Virus record (IMG/VR): IMGVR_UViG_3300037042_004723
Coordinates: 133,280 to 197,279 of that record
Strand: one strand, 5' to 3'
Length of the DNA stretch: 64,000 bases
Origin: a virus
Shown piece after piece: positions 46,421 through 56,499 of this stretch. Position numbers and translations under genes: made by a program. Position 1 is the stretch's first letter. Every line of letters starts with the position of its first letter. The notes under the pieces were generated by a model. It ran no database searches. It saw nothing but the letters and a program-made list of their open reading frames with translations, and was not told the DNA's origin.

Positions 46421-46804
46421 ATGCCAGACCCAAGAATCAGATCTTTCGCGTTCCCCTTCCGGAAGGGTGATTTGGCGTTTCCTAAGTCGGCCACGGATAC
46501 CGATGCGATCAAGGCGTCCGTGATACAGATCATCACGACGATGCGCGGAGAGCGGGTCATGCGGCCGGACTTTGGGTGCAACGCCTTCTCGTACGTATTC
46601 GAGAACAACAGTGACGAATTCAGATCGATTGCAGAGCGAGAAGTTCGACAGGCGCTTTCCAGGTGGGAGCAGCGCATCCGTGTTGATGGGGTCAATATTT
46701 CGTCTGACAACGACATCGAGCCAGGTCAGATTTTGATCGATATTTCTTACACGATTTTGTCAACCGGCGAGGTTATGACATCTACCGTGGCCGGAGGGGT
46801 CTGA
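46421..46804 (+). CDS. Baseplate wedge protein gp25/gpW-like
   Basis: IKASVIQIITTMRGERVMRPDFG...RQALSRWEQRI. Confidence 0.92.
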   Translation: MPDPRIRSFAFPFRKGDLAFPKSATDTDAIKASVIQIITTMRGERVMRPDFGCNAFSYVFENNSDEFRSIAEREVRQALSRWEQRIRVDGVNISSDNDIEPGQILIDISYTILSTGEVMTSTVAGGV

Positions 46805-48966
46805 TGGCAACGAGCACGCTGACACGAGTACGTTTTGCAGGATACGACTTCGATACGCATGAGGACGAGATCCTTACACGTCTTCAGGTCAAGTTTGCGT
46901 CGGTGTACAATGACTTTGCGGTCTCGTCACTCGGGATCATGCTTGTCGACATCTTTTCGTTCGGTCTCGATACGCTGTCATTTTATCTCGATCGACGCGC
47001 CACCGACAATTTTATGGTCACGTCCAGAACAAGGGCTTCTGCGGCCCGGCTGGCGAGGCAACTTGGGTATCGGCCTGGACCGGCCAGCGCGTCCAGCGTT
47101 GACATGAACGTTTCCCTCAGTTCGGTGTATGCGTTTCCGATCACCGTCCCGGTTGGGTTTCAATTCAGGGGGCCCAACGGGCTGATCTTCGAAGCCCAGG
47201 AGTCCGTGACGTTTTCGCCGGGAGATCTTAGCGTCAAGACGCTTACGGCCGCAGAGGGCGAGACGCTGACGTCTTCGTATTTCTCGAACGCTGAAGCAAA
47301 TCAGACGTTCGATATCGATAGCGTCCCTTCTGGCAAGTTCATCGTGGGCAAGGGGACGGCGGGGCAGTCAAGGACGATTGTCGAAGTCGATGGCGACACA
47401 TGGACCGAGCAGGAGTTCTTGCAGTTCGGTGATACGAATCAATTCGAGATGGGGTACGTCGACGCCCCTCCGACGGTCCGGTTTGGTGATGGTATTGCCG
47501 GCAAGATACCGGATGGCGGAGCCGAGATAAGGGTGACGTATTTTGCGTCAACCGGCGTCAACGGGGCTGCCACGGCTGGCACGATCACCAATACGGTCGC
47601 ACCCCTCGTGGTTAGCTTTCAGCAAATCAACCTGTTCGTCAATAACCCACAGGGAACCAGCGGCGGGGCGGACCCTGAATCTCTTTCCAGCATCAAGGCA
47701 AATGCGCCCGTAGTCTTCAAGAGCCGTGGCGTTAACGTCACGCTGGAGGACTACGAGGCGCGTGCGCAGTCGTTCGTAGATCCGGTCTTCGGCGCTATTG
47801 CCGTAGCCAGGGCTATCAACGTGCGCGGCGCGTCAGACGACGCCTATCTTGCGTCGAGGCTGACGACGATCAATTCTCAGTCGGACAGCTACCTGCCAAC
47901 GGTTAACGCTGCGGTCGCGGATATTTTGGAGGATTTGGTGGTGGTCGATGCGGCCGTAGCTGATGCTCAGACCAACGACACGACATTGCAGGCCAGCATC
48001 GCCACGATCGCCACCGAAGAGGTTAACGCCAGGACGGCGAACGAGTCCAATCGAACGGCAGCTGGCGTCACTCAGGCAAACGCATCTGGCATTGCTACCA
48101 ATCTGGCGCTTCTTAACTCGACGCTTCTCGGTTATGCCGTTGGCGCGACTCAGCTGTCCAACACAGATCTAGTTATACTACAGAATATCATAACCCAGGC
48201 CTCCGCCAAGGATAGCGAGATCAGCGTGCAGGCCTCCACGGTTCTTTCCAATGTCACATCCGTGACCACGGCTCTCGACGCAATCAATACGCAGGCTGAT
48301 TCCGCCGAGACCAGGCGCGCTCTGATTCGTACTGGAGTGGATTCAATAGAGACGCAGAGCGCTGCCGTTGCGACCAGCACGAACGATTTATCAGACGATG
48401 TTGAGGCAGTCGAAAATACGATCACGACACTCACGGGCGAGGTCGAGGTCCACGTCGACTCGTTCTTGTCCAACGAGTGCAAGTCGAACCTGATCGAAGT
48501 TCCTGTGCTGACCCTCGACTCCGAGGGGTTCTACGTCGTGCCAACCAATGGCTTGCAGAAGAGTCTTCAGGCCTATCTTGACAACGCCAAGGAAGTGACC
48601 CAGGTCGTCAAGGTGACAGGCGTTGGCTTGCTCCTGGTCGCGGCCGACATTAGCGTGCTCGTCGGCGTGCTTACTGGCTACAATGAGGCAACGGTTCGCT
48701 CTCAGGTTGAGGCTGCCATTCTCAACGTTCTTCGAGGAAGGGCGTTTGGCAACAAGCTGCGTCTATCTGAGCTGTATGCTCCGACGGCCCCCGAGCCGAA
48801 CAACATCCCCATCGAGGGCGTGGAGTACGTCAATATTGAGATTACGGGGCCGGTAGATCACCTCGATGTCGACGGCGGCTTAATCGCTTCCGAGTATGAG
48901 GTTGTGACCAGGGGGACGATTACGACCACGTCCGAGGTGGTCAGGAAGTCCATCGTCGGGCAGTAG
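46804..48966 (+). CDS. Baseplate wedge protein gp6/gpJ-like with coiled-coil insert
   Basis: ARLARQLGYRP, VRFGDGIAGKIP, GGADPES...NAP, VTLEDYE. Confidence 0.9.
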   Translation: MATSTLTRVRFAGYDFDTHEDEILTRLQVKFASVYNDFAVSSLGIMLVDIFSFGLDTLSFYLDRRATDNFMVTSRTRASAARLARQLGYRPGPASASSVDMNVSLSSVYAFPITVPVGFQFRGPNGLIFEAQESVTFSPGDLSVKTLTAAEGETLTSSYFSNAEANQTFDIDSVPSGKFIVGKGTAGQSRTIVEVDGDTWTEQEFLQFGDTNQFEMGYVDAPPTVRFGDGIAGKIPDGGAEIRVTYFASTGVNGAATAGTITNTVAPLVVSFQQINLFVNNPQGTSGGADPESLSSIKANAPVVFKSRGVNVTLEDYEARAQSFVDPVFGAIAVARAINVRGASDDAYLASRLTTINSQSDSYLPTVNAAVADILEDLVVVDAAVADAQTNDTTLQASIATIATEEVNARTANESNRTAAGVTQANASGIATNLALLNSTLLGYAVGATQLSNTDLVILQNIITQASAKDSEISVQASTVLSNVTSVTTALDAINTQADSAETRRALIRTGVDSIETQSAAVATSTNDLSDDVEAVENTITTLTGEVEVHVDSFLSNECKSNLIEVPVLTLDSEGFYVVPTNGLQKSLQAYLDNAKEVTQVVKVTGVGLLLVAADISVLVGVLTGYNEATVRSQVEAAILNVLRGRAFGNKLRLSELYAPTAPEPNNIPIEGVEYVNIEITGPVDHLDVDGGLIASEYEVVTRGTITTTSEVVRKSIVGQ

Positions 48967-48974
48967 GAGTTGGT

Positions 48975-49394
48975 ATGGCGATATCTGGATCTAGCTCAAA
49001 CATTACGAAGAGTTCTAATTCCGTCGATCTATACCAGGGGGAGTCGAAGGATCTCGACCTTGATATTGTCAAGGAGGTCAAGGACATCAATGGGGTGTTG
49101 GTCGAGGAGCCCGTCGATCTAACTGGCTGCACGATTCACTTCTCGGTTCGCACCAAGACCAAGAGCCCCGACCTGCTCATCGGCAAGACTTCGACGAATG
49201 CCTTGGCCATCGAGGTTTTGGCGCCGTTGACGGGTGGCAAAGCGATCATCCACCTAACGTCTGACGATACCAAGCATATGGATCCGAGCGAGTACGTGTT
49301 CGATGTCTGGGTTACCCTGAGCAGCGGAAAAAATGTCCCTGTGGTAGAAGTGTCGGCGTTCATCGTGAATGCGGCTGTGACTAAGCTTCCGTAA
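48975..49394 (+). CDS. BppU-N-like beta-sandwich virion protein
   Basis: LYQGES...VDLTGCTIHFSV...LTSDDT...YVFDVWV. Confidence 0.55.
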   Translation: MAISGSSSNITKSSNSVDLYQGESKDLDLDIVKEVKDINGVLVEEPVDLTGCTIHFSVRTKTKSPDLLIGKTSTNALAIEVLAPLTGGKAIIHLTSDDTKHMDPSEYVFDVWVTLSSGKNVPVVEVSAFIVNAAVTKLP

Positions 49395-49421
49395 CCACGA
49401 AAGTATTTTCGCAGGTGATCC

Positions 49422-50288
49422 ATGGCCAAGGCTTCCAGAGAATTCTTTGACAAGGTTGCCGAATCCATCGCGGCGGACCATCCATCTTTCAAGATCTACT
49501 ACAAGAACGAGAGCCGGTTGATGAGCCTGTTGGCTCTTCTGGCGTATCCGTTCAATGAGCAGTTTCAGGACGGCTACATCACGACGCTGGGGTCCAAGGT
49601 CTATTTCCCGAGCCGCGCCGATGTTGAGTCGAATTACGACCACGCGGCCGACGTCCTGGCTCACGAGGGTGTTCACATCTTCGATGCCCAGAGGCATGGA
49701 CTGTGGTTTACGATCAGCTACGCACTGAACCAGGCGGCCATACTCCCTCTTCTGGTCCTCTACGCTGTCCTTGGTAGCTGGATTCCGGTTGCCGTCCTGA
49801 CGGGCGGGGTAGCCTTGTCCTATGGCTGCATTGCTATTGCCAGGAAGGCGTTCACTGGGTCGGTTGCCCGTGGGTTGTTCTTCGCGCTGGCCGGGCTCTC
49901 TGGGCTCTCCTATTTGGCCTTGGCCGTCTGGCTGTCAGGGTGGTGGGCGGCGCTGGCCGTTGATGTTTTTCTGCCTCTGTTGCCCGTTTCATCGCTTCTG
50001 AGGGCCAAGTGGGAGTACCGGGGGTACGCGATGGGGGTCGCCATCCAGTTCTGGCGCCATGGGATCGTTCCTGATTCCTTTCTGGCGGGGCGGGTTCAGA
50101 CTTTCACGGGGCCGGACTACTACTTCATGGACGGGGATGCCGCCAGGGTTCTGACCAAGCTGAAGGCGGTTAGGTCCAGTGTCACTGACGGATCTATTCT
50201 GATTGGTGCCGACGCTCGCCCGTATCAGCGAACCCTTGACCTTATGAAGAAGCTTGGTTTGGTGAAGTCTGGAGTAGCCGTTGCCTAA
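49422..50288 (+). CDS. Membrane-embedded HExxH metallopeptidase-like protein
   Basis: LAHEGVH, several TM segments, then WEYRGY supplying a candidate third ligand. Confidence 0.55.
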   Translation: MAKASREFFDKVAESIAADHPSFKIYYKNESRLMSLLALLAYPFNEQFQDGYITTLGSKVYFPSRADVESNYDHAADVLAHEGVHIFDAQRHGLWFTISYALNQAAILPLLVLYAVLGSWIPVAVLTGGVALSYGCIAIARKAFTGSVARGLFFALAGLSGLSYLALAVWLSGWWAALAVDVFLPLLPVSSLLRAKWEYRGYAMGVAIQFWRHGIVPDSFLAGRVQTFTGPDYYFMDGDAARVLTKLKAVRSSVTDGSILIGADARPYQRTLDLMKKLGLVKSGVAVA

Positions 50289-51465
50289 TACAGACAAAAT
50301 GCTCTGGCCAATGCCAGCGAAAGACTCCGACCCGTGGTTTGATAATTTCGAGTCCATGGTCACGGCCATGGATTCTTCTGGCTATGCGGCCAGGGAAGAT
50401 CGCAGCATCATCTTCGGAGGCGGCGGGGACGTCACCTGGGATGCCGGAACCGGCACGCTGACGTGGGTCAGCGACATCGTTTTGTATTCGATGATCGCTG
50501 GGTTCAGGTTGTCGATTCCGGCTGGCAGCATGATCGTGTCAGACACGCAGGTTTTGTATGTGGACGTCACCAGGTCGCCGATTGGCAACGCCACCATTGG
50601 TGTGACGGCGGCTGGCTCGGTCCCTAACACGAACTCAGCCATGGCGTTGGCGGTCCGCGTTGGAAGTACAATCTACTGGCGCTGGGGCTCCAAGATTGAA
50701 ACCGGCGAGACGCTGAATCTATTCGGTGTTCCGGGCTCTGGCGGAGCCTCTGATGTCTACGAGCGAGACGCCACGTTCGGCGTGCCGCTCGGTTCCTCTA
50801 GTGACGAGGCCACCCTTGGTCGGGTGCTTATTGCGGGTACGCTGCTTGGGCTATCTGCTGAGATTACCCTGCCGGTGACCGCCGGGACCGTGACGGTCAA
50901 CGCGAAGGTGAATGGCATCGTCAAGCTGACGGTGGTTTTGTCCACGACAGACCCAACCGTGAAGCAGACGGTGGTGGCGCCAGGCGTTCACCCGCTGATG
51001 GCGGCGGACCAGATATCAATCGAAATTGTTGGCGTTGGCCATTCGAACGCTGGGGTTGTTCCGTCTGGGCTGACGGTTAACGCGGTTATTGGTGCAGGTC
51101 TTCAGCTGCCGATCGCAGGCGTTCCGGATGCGGCCGTTGGCACCAAGGGCGTGACGCAGATCTCGGTGGCGCCGGTATCGGCCACGTCTCCGATTGCCGT
51201 CGGCGATAACGATCCGAGGATTTCGCAGAATCGGCGAATGATCCGGACCATCGTTCAGCCTGCTGACGGTAGCAACTTCAATGTTGTCATTTCCCCGGCG
51301 ATGCCGTCGACGGCCTATATCGTGACGTACTCGCTCGGCACGGTGGCGTCGCACGTGACGCTGAATATTCCTACGGCGGGCAGGACGACGGCTCAGTTCA
51401 ATGTGATCACGAGCGCCGCTCTGCTAAACGGAGAGACCATCTACTTCCACGTGGTGGAGATCTAG
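50281..51465 (+). CDS. Tail fibre/baseplate accessory protein (module A N-terminus)
   Basis: TTG start; MPNTDKMLWP.PAKDSDPWF...GYAAREDR, paralogous to 58575-59438. Confidence 0.65.
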   Translation: MPNTDKMLWPMPAKDSDPWFDNFESMVTAMDSSGYAAREDRSIIFGGGGDVTWDAGTGTLTWVSDIVLYSMIAGFRLSIPAGSMIVSDTQVLYVDVTRSPIGNATIGVTAAGSVPNTNSAMALAVRVGSTIYWRWGSKIETGETLNLFGVPGSGGASDVYERDATFGVPLGSSSDEATLGRVLIAGTLLGLSAEITLPVTAGTVTVNAKVNGIVKLTVVLSTTDPTVKQTVVAPGVHPLMAADQISIEIVGVGHSNAGVVPSGLTVNAVIGAGLQLPIAGVPDAAVGTKGVTQISVAPVSATSPIAVGDNDPRISQNRRMIRTIVQPADGSNFNVVISPAMPSTAYIVTYSLGTVASHVTLNIPTAGRTTAQFNVITSAALLNGETIYFHVVEI

Positions 51466-51466
51466 C

Positions 51467-52915
51467 ATGTCGTCGCCATTCAAGACAGATGCGATCGAAG
51501 TTGTCAGCGGCGGCGCGGCTGATCCGAAAATTGTTGCCGGCACGGCGGATCCTACGCTTGGATTTACTGGTCCCGAGGGATCTGTATACCTTCGTTACGG
51601 CGCAGGTATCGGCAGACTTTATGTCAAGACTGGTCCAACTAACGTTGACTGGGGGCAGGCTACAATTGGCGGCGGTGGCGGCGGCTCGCTTGATACGGCA
51701 TATGATTTTGGCGGCGCTGGCGCTGGTCGAGCGATCACCGCTGACAGCGGTTCCGTTCAGATTGATGCCACGACCAGCAATGGTCAGGCTGCGCTGACGG
51801 TCAACAGAACACCCGGCGGTGCGGCGGCGTCGATCGGCATCGATCTATCAATTGGCGCTAATTTTAATGCATCTGGCGTCGGTCTTCAGATTGCTGATGC
51901 TGGCTCAGGTACCAGCATTAAGGTTAGCAAGTCGAATCCCGGATCTGTCGTCCAGGCGAATCTAAGCAATGCTGGAGCGAAGGCGCTGGAGGTGGTTGTC
52001 ACGGCGGCTCCGACGTCGGTTTCGCCTGTGTCAATTGTTGCGAATACGACGGGCACGACGGCGGACTTGCTGTCGATTTCCAAGATTCCGGGTGGGGCTA
52101 CGGCCGGCAACGCCTTGTCTGTGTCGATGGGCGCTAACACGTCCGGCGCTGGTGTCTATGTGTCGAATGCCGGCAGTGGGGCTGCCATCGAGGTGGCGGC
52201 CGGGTCGATTGATTTCGCCGGCACGACGACCACATCCAGCACCACGCGCGCCCGACTGGTTGGTAAGCAGTGGCGCATGCTTCAGGGCGTCGGTGAAGAA
52301 ACAAATTCTGGAATGTTCGACAATGGAACATTCACCGCAGGCGCCCTGTCAATTGTCGGCAATGGCACAGTCGCAGGCCAGCGCCTGGTTAGGATCTGGG
52401 AGCAGCTTCAGATCGGTGTTGATTCCGGCAGCTCTACCGGCGGCCTCATCATGCAGCAGGGGTCGGCGTTTCCCGTAAGTACTGCGAACTCCGGGAGAAT
52501 TCGCTACAACGAATCGGGTCAGGTATTCGAGATCTCCAGGAACACGGCGGCCTATGAGCGCATGGCTTCGCTGGCCACGGCCCAGACGTATACCAAGAGC
52601 CAGAACGTGGCGCGCGTGGCGCTTGCGGACGGAGCAAATATCGTTACTGATGCCAGCCTTAGCAACGTCTTCAGCGTGACGCTGGCAGGTAATCGCACCC
52701 TCGATAACCCGACAAACCTCGTCGACGGAGGCACGTACTCGTGGATTATTACCCAGGACGGGACCGGCTCGTGGACGCTGGCCTACGGTGCGTTGTTCAA
52801 GTGGCCGGGTGGCACGGTTCCTGTCCTGTCGACGGCCATCGGCGCGGTTGATTTGATTACGGCGATCTACAACGGCACCATTCTGGCGGCGTCGATCAAC
52901 AAGGCGTTCGCGTAG
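51467..52915 (+). CDS. Tail fibre protein
   Basis: Gly/Ser/Thr-rich beta repeats; C-terminal NVFSVTLAGNRTL...TQDGTGSWTL...FKWPGGTVP domain typical of phage fibres. Confidence 0.75.
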   Translation: MSSPFKTDAIEVVSGGAADPKIVAGTADPTLGFTGPEGSVYLRYGAGIGRLYVKTGPTNVDWGQATIGGGGGGSLDTAYDFGGAGAGRAITADSGSVQIDATTSNGQAALTVNRTPGGAAASIGIDLSIGANFNASGVGLQIADAGSGTSIKVSKSNPGSVVQANLSNAGAKALEVVVTAAPTSVSPVSIVANTTGTTADLLSISKIPGGATAGNALSVSMGANTSGAGVYVSNAGSGAAIEVAAGSIDFAGTTTTSSTTRARLVGKQWRMLQGVGEETNSGMFDNGTFTAGALSIVGNGTVAGQRLVRIWEQLQIGVDSGSSTGGLIMQQGSAFPVSTANSGRIRYNESGQVFEISRNTAAYERMASLATAQTYTKSQNVARVALADGANIVTDASLSNVFSVTLAGNRTLDNPTNLVDGGTYSWIITQDGTGSWTLAYGALFKWPGGTVPVLSTAIGAVDLITAIYNGTILAASINKAFA

Positions 52916-52917
52916 TC

Positions 52918-53637
52918 ATGGGATTTACGCTGCCAGTTGCTTTGATTCAGACGGGCCTGGGAGGAGGAGCCGCCGTTCCCGCCGCGTTTCGCTCGTCGTC
53001 ATCGACTACATTGGCTAGCGGGAATAACTCCATGACCGTCACTAAGCCATCCGGCGTGGTGAGCGGCGACCTGCTGTTGTTCATCTTCTACCGGGACAAC
53101 TCGCAGACGATGTCCTCCGTTCCGTCTGGGTGGACGCTGGATCACAACGGCGCAGCTACAATTGATGGCACGTTCAGCAGATACTACGTTAGTCACAAGG
53201 TTGCGGGCGGCGCTGAGCCCGCCGATTATACTTGGAATTTCAGTGGCGGGAGCGGAAATAAGATCGGCGTCATCTTGGCCTATCAGGACGGTCACCCTAC
53301 GCAGATCGATACATCAGCTGTTACGGACCCCGCTGGCACCTCGGCTGCAGCGCAGGTATCGAATGCCATCACGACCGCACAGGACAGCGCGATGGTGGTA
53401 GTCGCCTGGATGATGAATCGGACGGGCACACCGATCGGAAGCATTGCCAGCATCAGCGGCTCGATGGACCAACGGCACTTCTCAGACCTTGGAGCCTCTG
53501 CGGTCGACAAGGGCCTGGCGATTTATGACAAGGTCAAGCCCACCGCTGGGTCTTTCGCGGCCCAGACGTTGACCATGACCAACACCGACGTCAGCTCAAT
53601 CGCTATTGCGGTCGTGATCAGGGCGGCCGGTACATAA
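52918..53637 (+). CDS. Fibre-associated beta-sandwich protein
   Basis: VTKPSGVVSGDLLLF...VPSGWT...GAEPADYTW. Confidence 0.6.
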   Translation: MGFTLPVALIQTGLGGGAAVPAAFRSSSSTTLASGNNSMTVTKPSGVVSGDLLLFIFYRDNSQTMSSVPSGWTLDHNGAATIDGTFSRYYVSHKVAGGAEPADYTWNFSGGSGNKIGVILAYQDGHPTQIDTSAVTDPAGTSAAAQVSNAITTAQDSAMVVVAWMMNRTGTPIGSIASISGSMDQRHFSDLGASAVDKGLAIYDKVKPTAGSFAAQTLTMTNTDVSSIAIAVVIRAAGT

Positions 53638-53639
53638 CC

Positions 53640-55040
53640 GTGTCTATTAATGTTCTTTCATGCATAGCCAATGGCCAGCCTGACGATTTGTTTGGCTGCT
53701 TGGATGGCTACGTCCAGAATGCCGGACGACACGGCCATGCTCCCAGGTTTGTCATTATCGACATGACGCTCGATGCGACGCGCAGGAACGCATCCAGAGA
53801 TGTGGCAGATCGCGTTCACCGCAGCAGGAAGGTTGCCGTCGAGTGCATCACCGGCCGTGAAATAGATCGCTTCCTCGCTAGAGCGTCCAAGTATTCATGG
53901 GTAGACGCCCCGTCCATGACGTATGCGCTGATGGGTGACGGCCGGGTCGATTCAAATTACGGCGCAGCTTGCAATATTTCAGCGTTGCTGGCTGGCGCAT
54001 CGAAATCGCTGGTGGTTAGTGCATCGACCAGGTGTGACGTAGTAGGGGCTCCGGGCGGAGTAAGCCGTCTTTGTCTTAATTCGCGGACCGGTTGCAGGAA
54101 GATTGATCCATTTTCGTCTGATGTGGAAAGGCTGTTGTTTTTCGGTTCCATGGGCGAGGCCGATGCGAAACTTCATCATCTGCGCGACGAGGATGTTCTT
54201 GGCGATGTGGCCAGATTTCTTGGCGGGTGCCAGACAAAATGTGCGGCGACGCTTGGGACAAGTGGTCAGATTGGAACGGGCCATATCGGTGCGGTGTCGC
54301 TTGGGACCTGGGGTGACGTCGGGGTGGAGTCATCCAGGTTCTATCTGTTGTCCAGGCAGGCGCAGGCCATCGCCGAGGACGACGATGTCTACATTGCGAA
54401 CAAGTCCAACAGGGTGACTGCAAGGATCGCCCAAGAGTGGATCACCGAGTCCGTTAATCTTCGTTTGGCAGCCTTCGGTCTGTCCGGTGATTCGGTTCCG
54501 TTTTTGCCGACGGAGAGTGTAAATGGCGGGATGGCCGGGCAGTCGCTGTCCGGCCTTCTGATGGGTTTTAGGTCTCAATCTGTACTGGCTTTGCCATTTG
54601 CAGTGAAGAGTTCTAGCCACGCGGTGCTTCGGCCGGTGACGTCGCTTACTGACCTGATTGCGGTTGCCGTCGACTCGTTCAGGCCTCGCCATAGCCTTGC
54701 CGAGATTGGTGCAGCCCTGGTTGCGAGGTCAGAAGATCGTTCGTTTTTGAGCATGGTTACGAGCACATGGGATCGATATCTATTTGGCTTGGCCAGAGCC
54801 CGTCGCGAGGCTGTTGGCTCCGAGATGATGAGGGGCGATCTGGATGCCGGGTTCAGCATGCCGACGCCAGGAAGGGCGGCCAGCGAGCTTGTCCCGTATG
54901 AGCTAAGGTCTGACGCTGATCCAATGGGTGACATCTTTTTTAGTCAGGTCTCTCAATTCGGTCGACTGCTCACTGCCTGGCCCGGCCTGGTTGTTGCCGT
55001 CTCCGATTTGAGCAATAATGGGATCAGGTTAGGCACATGA
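53640..55040 (+). CDS. Possible degenerate GT-A glycosyltransferase-like protein
   Basis: CLDGYVQNA..HGHAPRFVIID...NYGAACN pattern; no intact DxD motif. Confidence 0.4.
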   Translation: MSINVLSCIANGQPDDLFGCLDGYVQNAGRHGHAPRFVIIDMTLDATRRNASRDVADRVHRSRKVAVECITGREIDRFLARASKYSWVDAPSMTYALMGDGRVDSNYGAACNISALLAGASKSLVVSASTRCDVVGAPGGVSRLCLNSRTGCRKIDPFSSDVERLLFFGSMGEADAKLHHLRDEDVLGDVARFLGGCQTKCAATLGTSGQIGTGHIGAVSLGTWGDVGVESSRFYLLSRQAQAIAEDDDVYIANKSNRVTARIAQEWITESVNLRLAAFGLSGDSVPFLPTESVNGGMAGQSLSGLLMGFRSQSVLALPFAVKSSSHAVLRPVTSLTDLIAVAVDSFRPRHSLAEIGAALVARSEDRSFLSMVTSTWDRYLFGLARARREAVGSEMMRGDLDAGFSMPTPGRAASELVPYELRSDADPMGDIFFSQVSQFGRLLTAWPGLVVAVSDLSNNGIRLGT

Positions 55041-56482
55041 GAACGGCGCACCAAAACGTCCCAACGCCACAGCTTGGCAGGGAGGCAGTCAACAAGGACT
55101 ACGCTGACAGCCTCGGTGGTGCCGTTGGATCTGTTTTCATTTTCCAGCCAAGCGGCACGGCGGTCGACAACGTCTACGTTACGTGGTCGTTGTTGATGGC
55201 CGATCTGACGACTGTAAGCGGCCGACGTTTTTTGGAGTTCGACGATCAGTTCGCGGCGATCGGGCCGAACATTCCAGCTGGCTCCTACGACATGACCGAT
55301 GTCGTGCTCATCGGTAGGCCGGCGATTGGAGCTGCTCCATCGCTTGTGAACATTACGCTGACGAACGCCGTGGAGTTCACAAGCTTCCGCGAAATTCGTC
55401 GTCTCAAGATCGTGGCGGATAATATTCCGACGATCACGGACATGGCGGACGGCGATCACTTCGTCGCAGATGACCACGCGGAGATCAGTGGCAACGGCGC
55501 CAACTTCATGGACCTGACTACGCTGACGTCAGGTCAGACCGTGACGCTGGACGTTCGCAATGGCAGCAAGGTTCTCTTCTCCGGTGATGACACGGTCTAT
55601 ATACCGAATGCCGGATCTATTCTGGTCGTCAATGTAGACGCGATGTCTGTGCTCGTGGATGCGATTTCAGGTGACGGTTCTCCTGGCACCGTGCAGATCA
55701 ACTCAGCGTCGGCGAATGCTTCTGCGAAGCAAGGGAGCATCGCCAGTACTACATACACAGATTTAGCTCGACGGTTCCCAAGAGCGCCATACGCCGGGTC
55801 TGGGAATATTACGTGCGTCCCTGGACATCTGGCTGCTCCGAACAACTTCAGTGGTTCAGTGTTGGCCTTCTTGCCCGTTGCTTCTGCGTATCCGGGCACG
55901 ATGATCGTCGTCAAGAACTACCAGTCTTCTACGAACGCTATTACGATCACGCCAAATGGTGCCGATACGATCGACGGCGCAGCAACCAAGGCAATTAGCA
56001 CCGCGTTTGGCGTAGTTTACTTGGTTTCAGACGGGGTTAGCGACTGGCATATCATTGGCGCAGGTTCCGTTTCTGGATCGATTGTTAGTCATCCAGCTAG
56101 CGGAGCGGCACGATCTACCTATGGAGCAACAACTCCACGAGTGGTCGGGGCTTTTGCATTCAATCCTTCGGACTATACCGTCAATGGGACGCTGCCGACG
56201 CTGGCCTTTAGGGTCTTGGCGGCCAATGGCGTAGCCGCGTTGACCAATTCGGTTCAGCTGTACAACCTAACTGATTCCGCTGTGGTGACGACGCTGAACT
56301 TCACGATCACGTCCACCGTGAAGCAGTCGACGGCGCTGACGATTGGTGGAGGCGCAGGGCAGGTTCCCAACAGTGAGAAGATCTACGAGGTAAGGATCTT
56401 CCTTGGTGCAGATCCAGGTGGCAATCCGCTCAAAACTATTGAGTTGTATTCCGCTCACCTAGTAGCCACCAACGTTCTCTAA
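55037..56482 (+). CDS. Tail fibre-like protein (module B C-terminus)
   Basis: IVVKN...NAITITPNGADTIDG...LVSDG domain; C-terminal AFNPSDY...AANG...LYNLTD shared with 58575-59438. Confidence 0.7.
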   Translation: MRTAHQNVPTPQLGREAVNKDYADSLGGAVGSVFIFQPSGTAVDNVYVTWSLLMADLTTVSGRRFLEFDDQFAAIGPNIPAGSYDMTDVVLIGRPAIGAAPSLVNITLTNAVEFTSFREIRRLKIVADNIPTITDMADGDHFVADDHAEISGNGANFMDLTTLTSGQTVTLDVRNGSKVLFSGDDTVYIPNAGSILVVNVDAMSVLVDAISGDGSPGTVQINSASANASAKQGSIASTTYTDLARRFPRAPYAGSGNITCVPGHLAAPNNFSGSVLAFLPVASAYPGTMIVVKNYQSSTNAITITPNGADTIDGAATKAISTAFGVVYLVSDGVSDWHIIGAGSVSGSIVSHPASGAARSTYGATTPRVVGAFAFNPSDYTVNGTLPTLAFRVLAANGVAALTNSVQLYNLTDSAVVTTLNFTITSTVKQSTALTIGGGAGQVPNSEKIYEVRIFLGADPGGNPLKTIELYSAHLVATNVL

Positions 56483-56499
56483 GAAATCATCGAGGAATC

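Noticed and set aside
28956-48966. Extracellular contractile injection system or tailocin (sheath, two tubes, LysM, hub, spike, gp25, gpJ order)
   Set aside because: Terminase, portal, protease, capsid and neck genes are in the same operon, so this is a complete phage
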